A DNA stretch of 64,000 nucleotides from assembly GCA_964016885.1 (NCBI GenBank), contig CAXHJY010000096.1:558001-622000 (forward strand). The letters are read 5' to 3'. The DNA comes from Eledone cirrhosa. Taxonomy: Eukaryota. This document shows, piece after piece, positions 59,801 to 64,000 of the stretch. How positions within the stretch are numbered: the first letter of the stretch is position 1; every line of letters starts with the position of its first letter. The position numbers and the translations under genes are program-made. Below the pieces are notes generated by a model, which was not told the DNA's origin, did no database searches, and was given only the letters and a program-made list of their open reading frames with translations.

Positions 59801-62800
59801 TTTTTTTTTAAATCAGGGGGAGATAATTTGTAAAAAAAATCAGGGGGAGATAATTTGTAAAAAAAAATCAGGGGGAGATAATTTGTAAAAAAAAATCAGG
59901 GGGAGATAATTTGTAAAAAAAATCAAGGGGAGATAATTTCCAGCCGTGCAAGGGGAGATAATTTCCAGCCGTCCAAGGGGAGATAATTTACATCCTTCCA
60001 AGGGGAGATAATTTCCAGCCGTCCAAGGGGAGATAATTTCCCGCCAGCCAAGGGAAGATAATTTTTAAAAAAATCAGGGGGAGATAATTTGTAAAAAAAA
60101 AATCAGGGGGAGATAATTTGTAAAAAAAAATCAAGGGGAGATAATTTGTAAAAAAAATCAGGGGGAGATAATTTGTAAAAAAAATCAGGGGGAGATAATT
60201 TGTAAAAAAATCAGGGGGAGATAATTTGTAAAAAAAAATCAGGGGGAGATAATTTGTAAAAAAAAATCAAGGGGAGATAATTTGTAAAAAAAAATCAGGG
60301 GGAGATAATTTGTAAAAAAAATCAGGGGGAGATAATTTGTAAAAAAATCAGGGGGAGATAATTTGTAAAAAAAAATCAGGGGGAGATAATTTGTAAAAAA
60401 AAATCAGGGGGAGATAATTTGTAAAAAAAATCAGGGGGAGATAATTTGTAAAAAAAATCAGGGGGAGATAATTTGTAAAAAAAATCAAGGGGAGATAATT
60501 TGCAGCCGTCCAAGGGGAGATAATCTTCAGCCGTCCAAGGAGAGGTAATTTCTAGCCGTCCAAGGGGAGATAATTTCCAGCCGTCCAAGGGGAGATAATT
60601 TCCAGCCGTCCAAGGGGAGATAATTTTTTTTAAAAATCAGGCGGAGATAATTTGTAAAAAAAAAATCAGGGGGAGATAATTTGTAAAAAAAAATCAGGGG
60701 GAGATAATTTGTAAAAAAAAATCAGGGGGAGATAATTTGTAAAAAAAATCAAGGGGAGATAATTTCCAGCCGTCCAAGGGAAGATAATTTCCAGCCCTCC
60801 AAGGGGCTATAATTTCCAGCGTCCAAGGGGAGATAATTTCCAGCCAGCGAAGGGGAGATAATTTTTTTTTAAAAAATCATGCGGGGATAATTTGTAAAAA
60901 AAATCAGGGGGAGATAATTTGTAAAAAAAATCAAGGGGAGATAATTTCCAGCCGTCCAAAGAGAGATAATTTCTAGCCGTCCAAGGGGAGATAATTTCCA
61001 GCCGTCCAAGGGGAGATAATTTCCCGCCAGCCAAGGGAAGATAATTTTTTAAAAAATCAGGCGGAGATTGTAAAAAAAATCAGGGGGAGATAATTTGTAA
61101 AAAAATCAGGGGGAGATAATTTGTAAAAAAAAAATCAGGGGGAGATAATTTGTAAAAAAAAATCAGAGGGAGATAATTTGTAAAAAAAAATCAGGGGGAG
61201 ATAATTTGTAAAAAAAATCAGGGGTAGATAATTTGTAAAAAAAATCAGGGGGAGATAATTTGTAAAAAAAATCAGGGGGAGATAATTTGTAAAAAAAATC
61301 AGGGGGAGATAATTTGTAAAAAAAATCAAGGGGAGATAATTTGCAGCCGTCCAAGGGGAGATAATTTTCAGCCGTCCAAGGAGAGGTAATTTCTAGCCGT
61401 CCAAGGGGAGATAATTTCCAGCCGTCCAAGGGGAGATAATTTCCAGCCGTCCAAGAGGAGATAATTTTTTTTTAAAAATCAGGCGGAGATAATTTGTAAA
61501 AAAAAAAATCAGGGGGAGATAATTTGTAAAAAAAAATCAGGGGGAGATAATTTGTAAAAAAAAATCAGGGGGAGATAATTTGTAAAAAAAATTAAGGGGA
61601 GATAATTTTCAGCCGTCCAAGGGAAGATAATTTCCAGCCCTCCAAGGGGCTATAATTTCCAGCGTCCAAGGGGAGATAATTTCCAGCCAGCGAAGGGGAG
61701 ATAATTTTTTTTTTTAAAATCATGCGGGGATAATTTGTAAAAAAAATCAGGGGGAGATAATTTGTAAAAAAAATCAAGGGGAGATAATTTCCAGCCGTCC
61801 AAAGAGAGATAATTTCTAGCCGTCCAAGGGGAGATAATTTCCAGCCGTCCAAGGGGAGATAATTTCCCGCCAGCCAAAGGAAGATAATTTTTTAAAAAAT
61901 CAGGCGGAGATTGTAAAAAAAATCAGGGGGAGATAATTTGTAAAAAAAATCAGGGGGAGATAATTTGTAAAAAAAATCAGGGGGAGATAATTTGTAAAAA
62001 AAATCAGGGGGAGATAATTTGTAAAAAAATCAGGGGGAGATAATTTGTAAAAAAAAAATCAGGGGGAGATAATTTGTAAAAAAAAATCAAGGGGAGATAA
62101 TTTGTAAAAAAAAATCAGGGGGAGATAATTTGTAAAAAAAATCAGGGGGAGATAATTTGTAAAAAAATCAGGGGGAGATAATTTGTAAAAAAAAATCAGG
62201 GGGAGATAATTTGTAAAAAAAATCAAGGGGAGATAATTTCCAGCCGTCCAAAGAGAGATAATTTCTAGCCGTCCAAGGGGAGATAATTTCCAGCCGTCCA
62301 ACGGGAGATAATTTCCCGCCAGCCAAGGGAAGATAATTTTTTAAAAAATCAGGCGGAGATTGTAAAAAAAATCAGGGGGAGATAATTTGTAAAAAAGTCA
62401 GGGGGAGATAATTTGTAAAAAAAAAATCAGGGGGAGATAATTTGTAAAAAAAAATCAGAGGGAGATAATTTGTAAAAAAAAATCAGGGGGAGATAATTTG
62501 TAAAAAAAATCAGGGGTAGATAATTTGTAAAAAAAATCAGGGGGAGATAATTTGTAAAAAAAATCAGGGGGAGATAATTTGTAAAAAAAATCAGGGGGAG
62601 ATAATTTGTAAAAAAAATCAAGGGGAGATAATTTGCAGCCGTCCAAGGGGAGATAATTTTCAGCCGTCCAAGGAGAGGTAATTTCTAGCCGTCCAAGGGG
62701 AGATAATTTCCAGCCGTCCAAGGGGAGATAATTTCCAGCCGTCCAAGGGGAGATAATTTTTTTTTAAGAATCAGGCGGAGATAATTTGTAAAAAAAAAAA

Positions 62801-64000
62801 TCAGGGGGAGATAATTTGTAAAAAAAAATCAGGGGGAGATAATTTGTAAAAAAAATCAGGGGGAGATAATTTGTAAAAAAAATTAAGGGGAGATAATTTT
62901 CAGCCGTCCAAGGGAAGATAATTTCCAGCCCTCCAAGGGGCTATAATTTCCAGCGTCCAAGGGGAGATAATTTCCAGCCAGCGAAGGGGAGATAATTTTT
63001 TTTTTTTAAATCATGCGGGGATAATTTGTAAAAAAAATCAGGGGGAGATAATTTGTAAAAAAAATCAAGGGGAGATAATTTCCAGCCGTCCAAAGAGAGA
63101 TAATTTCTAGCCGTCCAAGGGGAGATAATTTCCAGCCGTCCAAGGGGAGATAATTTCCCGCCAGCCAAAGGAAGATAATTTTTTAAAAAATCAGGCGGAG
63201 ATTGTAAAAAAAATCAGGGGGAGATAATTTGTAAAAAAAATCAGGGGGAGATAATTTGTAAAAAAAATCAGGGGGAGATAATTTGTAAAAAAAATCAGGG
63301 GGAGATAATTTGTAAAAAAATCAGGGGGAGATAATTTGTAAAAAAAAAATCAGGGGGAGATAATTTGTAAAAAAAATCAAGGGGAGATAATTTCCAGCCG
63401 TCCAAGGGAAGATAATTTCCAGCCGTCCAAGGGAAGATAATTTCCAGCCCTCCAAGGGGCTATAATTTCCAGCGTCCAAGGGGAGATAATTTCCAGCCAG
63501 CGAAGGGGAGATAATTTTTTTTTTAAAAATCAGGGGGAGATAATTTGTAAAAAAAATCAGGGGGAGATAATTTGTAAAAAAAAATCAGGGGGAGATAATT
63601 TGTAAAAAAAAATCAGGGGGAGATAATTTGTAAAAAAAAATCAGGGGGAGATAATTTGTAAAAAAAATCAAGGGGAGATAATTTCCAGCCGTCCAAGGGA
63701 AGATAATTTCCAGCCGTCCAAGGGAAGATAATTTCCAGCCCTCCAAGGGGCTATAATTTCCAGCGTCCAAGGGGAGATAATTTCCAGCCAGCGAAGGGGA
63801 GATAATTTTTTTTTTAAAAATCAGGGGGAGATAATTTGTAAAAAAAATCAGGGGGAGATAATTTGTAAAAAAAAATCAGGGGGAGATAATTTGTAAAAAA
63901 AAATCAGGGGGAGATAATTTGTAAAAAAAATCAAGGGGAGATAATTTCCAGCCGTGCAAGGGGAGATAATTTCCAGCCGTCCAAGGGGAGATAATTTACA
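51610..64000 (+). repeat. Second copy of the 31.3 kb-offset segment; contains ~1.7 units of the 1,821 bp repeat and the restart of the ~7.1 kb repeat
   Basis: ORFs 22875/54206, 24867/56196, 27619/58948, 31641/62941 and 32285/63585 match. ORFs 61135/62427 are offset by 1,292 and 56487/63585 by 7,098. Confidence 0.86.

Larger units (their letters stand above)
1..64000 (+). repeat. Complex two-monomer satellite array (26-30 bp type A and 25 bp type B monomers sharing the core GGGGAGATAATTT); runs off both window ends
   Basis: Every line consists of GGGGGAGATAATTTGT(A)nTCA or AGGGGAGATAATTTCCAGCCGTCCA variants, head to tail. No unique sequence or inverted monomer was seen. Confidence 0.99.

Noticed and set aside
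1055-63770. More than 100 short minus-strand ORFs (motifs FFYKLSPPD, NYLPLIFFT, GWKLSPLGRLEIISPWTA)
   Set aside because: They are direct translations of the monomers in overlapping frames. Most start at alternative codons, frames are broken by homopolymer length changes, and there is no unique coding sequence. The plus strand lacks ORFs because TAA occurs in every monomer.
1-64000. CRISPR-like constant repeat with variable spacers
   Set aside because: The constant part is only ~13 bp. The intervening 11-16 bp segments belong to two recurring families rather than being unique, and there is no leader or cas gene.
1-64000. G-quadruplex array from periodic G4-5 runs
   Set aside because: Runs are separated by ~21-25 nt, far beyond typical stable loop lengths, so canonical intramolecular G4 is not supported.
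1-64000. Pure sequencing or concatemer artefact
   Set aside because: Diagnostic variants and homopolymer lengths are shared hierarchically among distant copies, and each copy has private differences. This fits real evolution, although individual large duplications still need read validation.
1-64000. Assignment to a named satellite, telomerase repeat or taxon
   Set aside because: I do not recognise either monomer and cannot run a database search, so any name would be unsupported.

Overview
The whole 64 kb window is one uninterrupted, single-orientation complex satellite (roughly 2,400 monomers, estimated as 64,000/~26.5 bp). I see no credible gene, RNA gene, transposon or CRISPR array. Two monomer classes share the core GGGGAGATAATTT: type A, GGGGGAGATAATTTGT(A)7-11TCA (26-30 bp), and type B, AGGGGAGATAATTTCCAGCCGTCCA (25 bp). 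They alternate in blocks. B blocks come as a few stereotyped 4-5 monomer words (W1-W4), usually closed by a (T)n(A)m transition monomer. These build nested higher-order repeats of about 137 bp, 0.8-1.1 kb, 1,821 bp, 5.33 kb, 7.1 kb, 10.77 kb and 31.3 kb, with periods taken from offsets of identical ORFs and rare variant markers. All listed ORFs are translations of the repeat. The most unusual signals are the two-monomer grammar around a conserved core, a T/A boundary that slides while total tract length stays fixed, and poly-A lengths inherited like a barcode. The organism and function (centromeric, subtelomeric or protein-binding array) cannot be determined from the sequence. Duplication boundaries were set by eye and are approximate.
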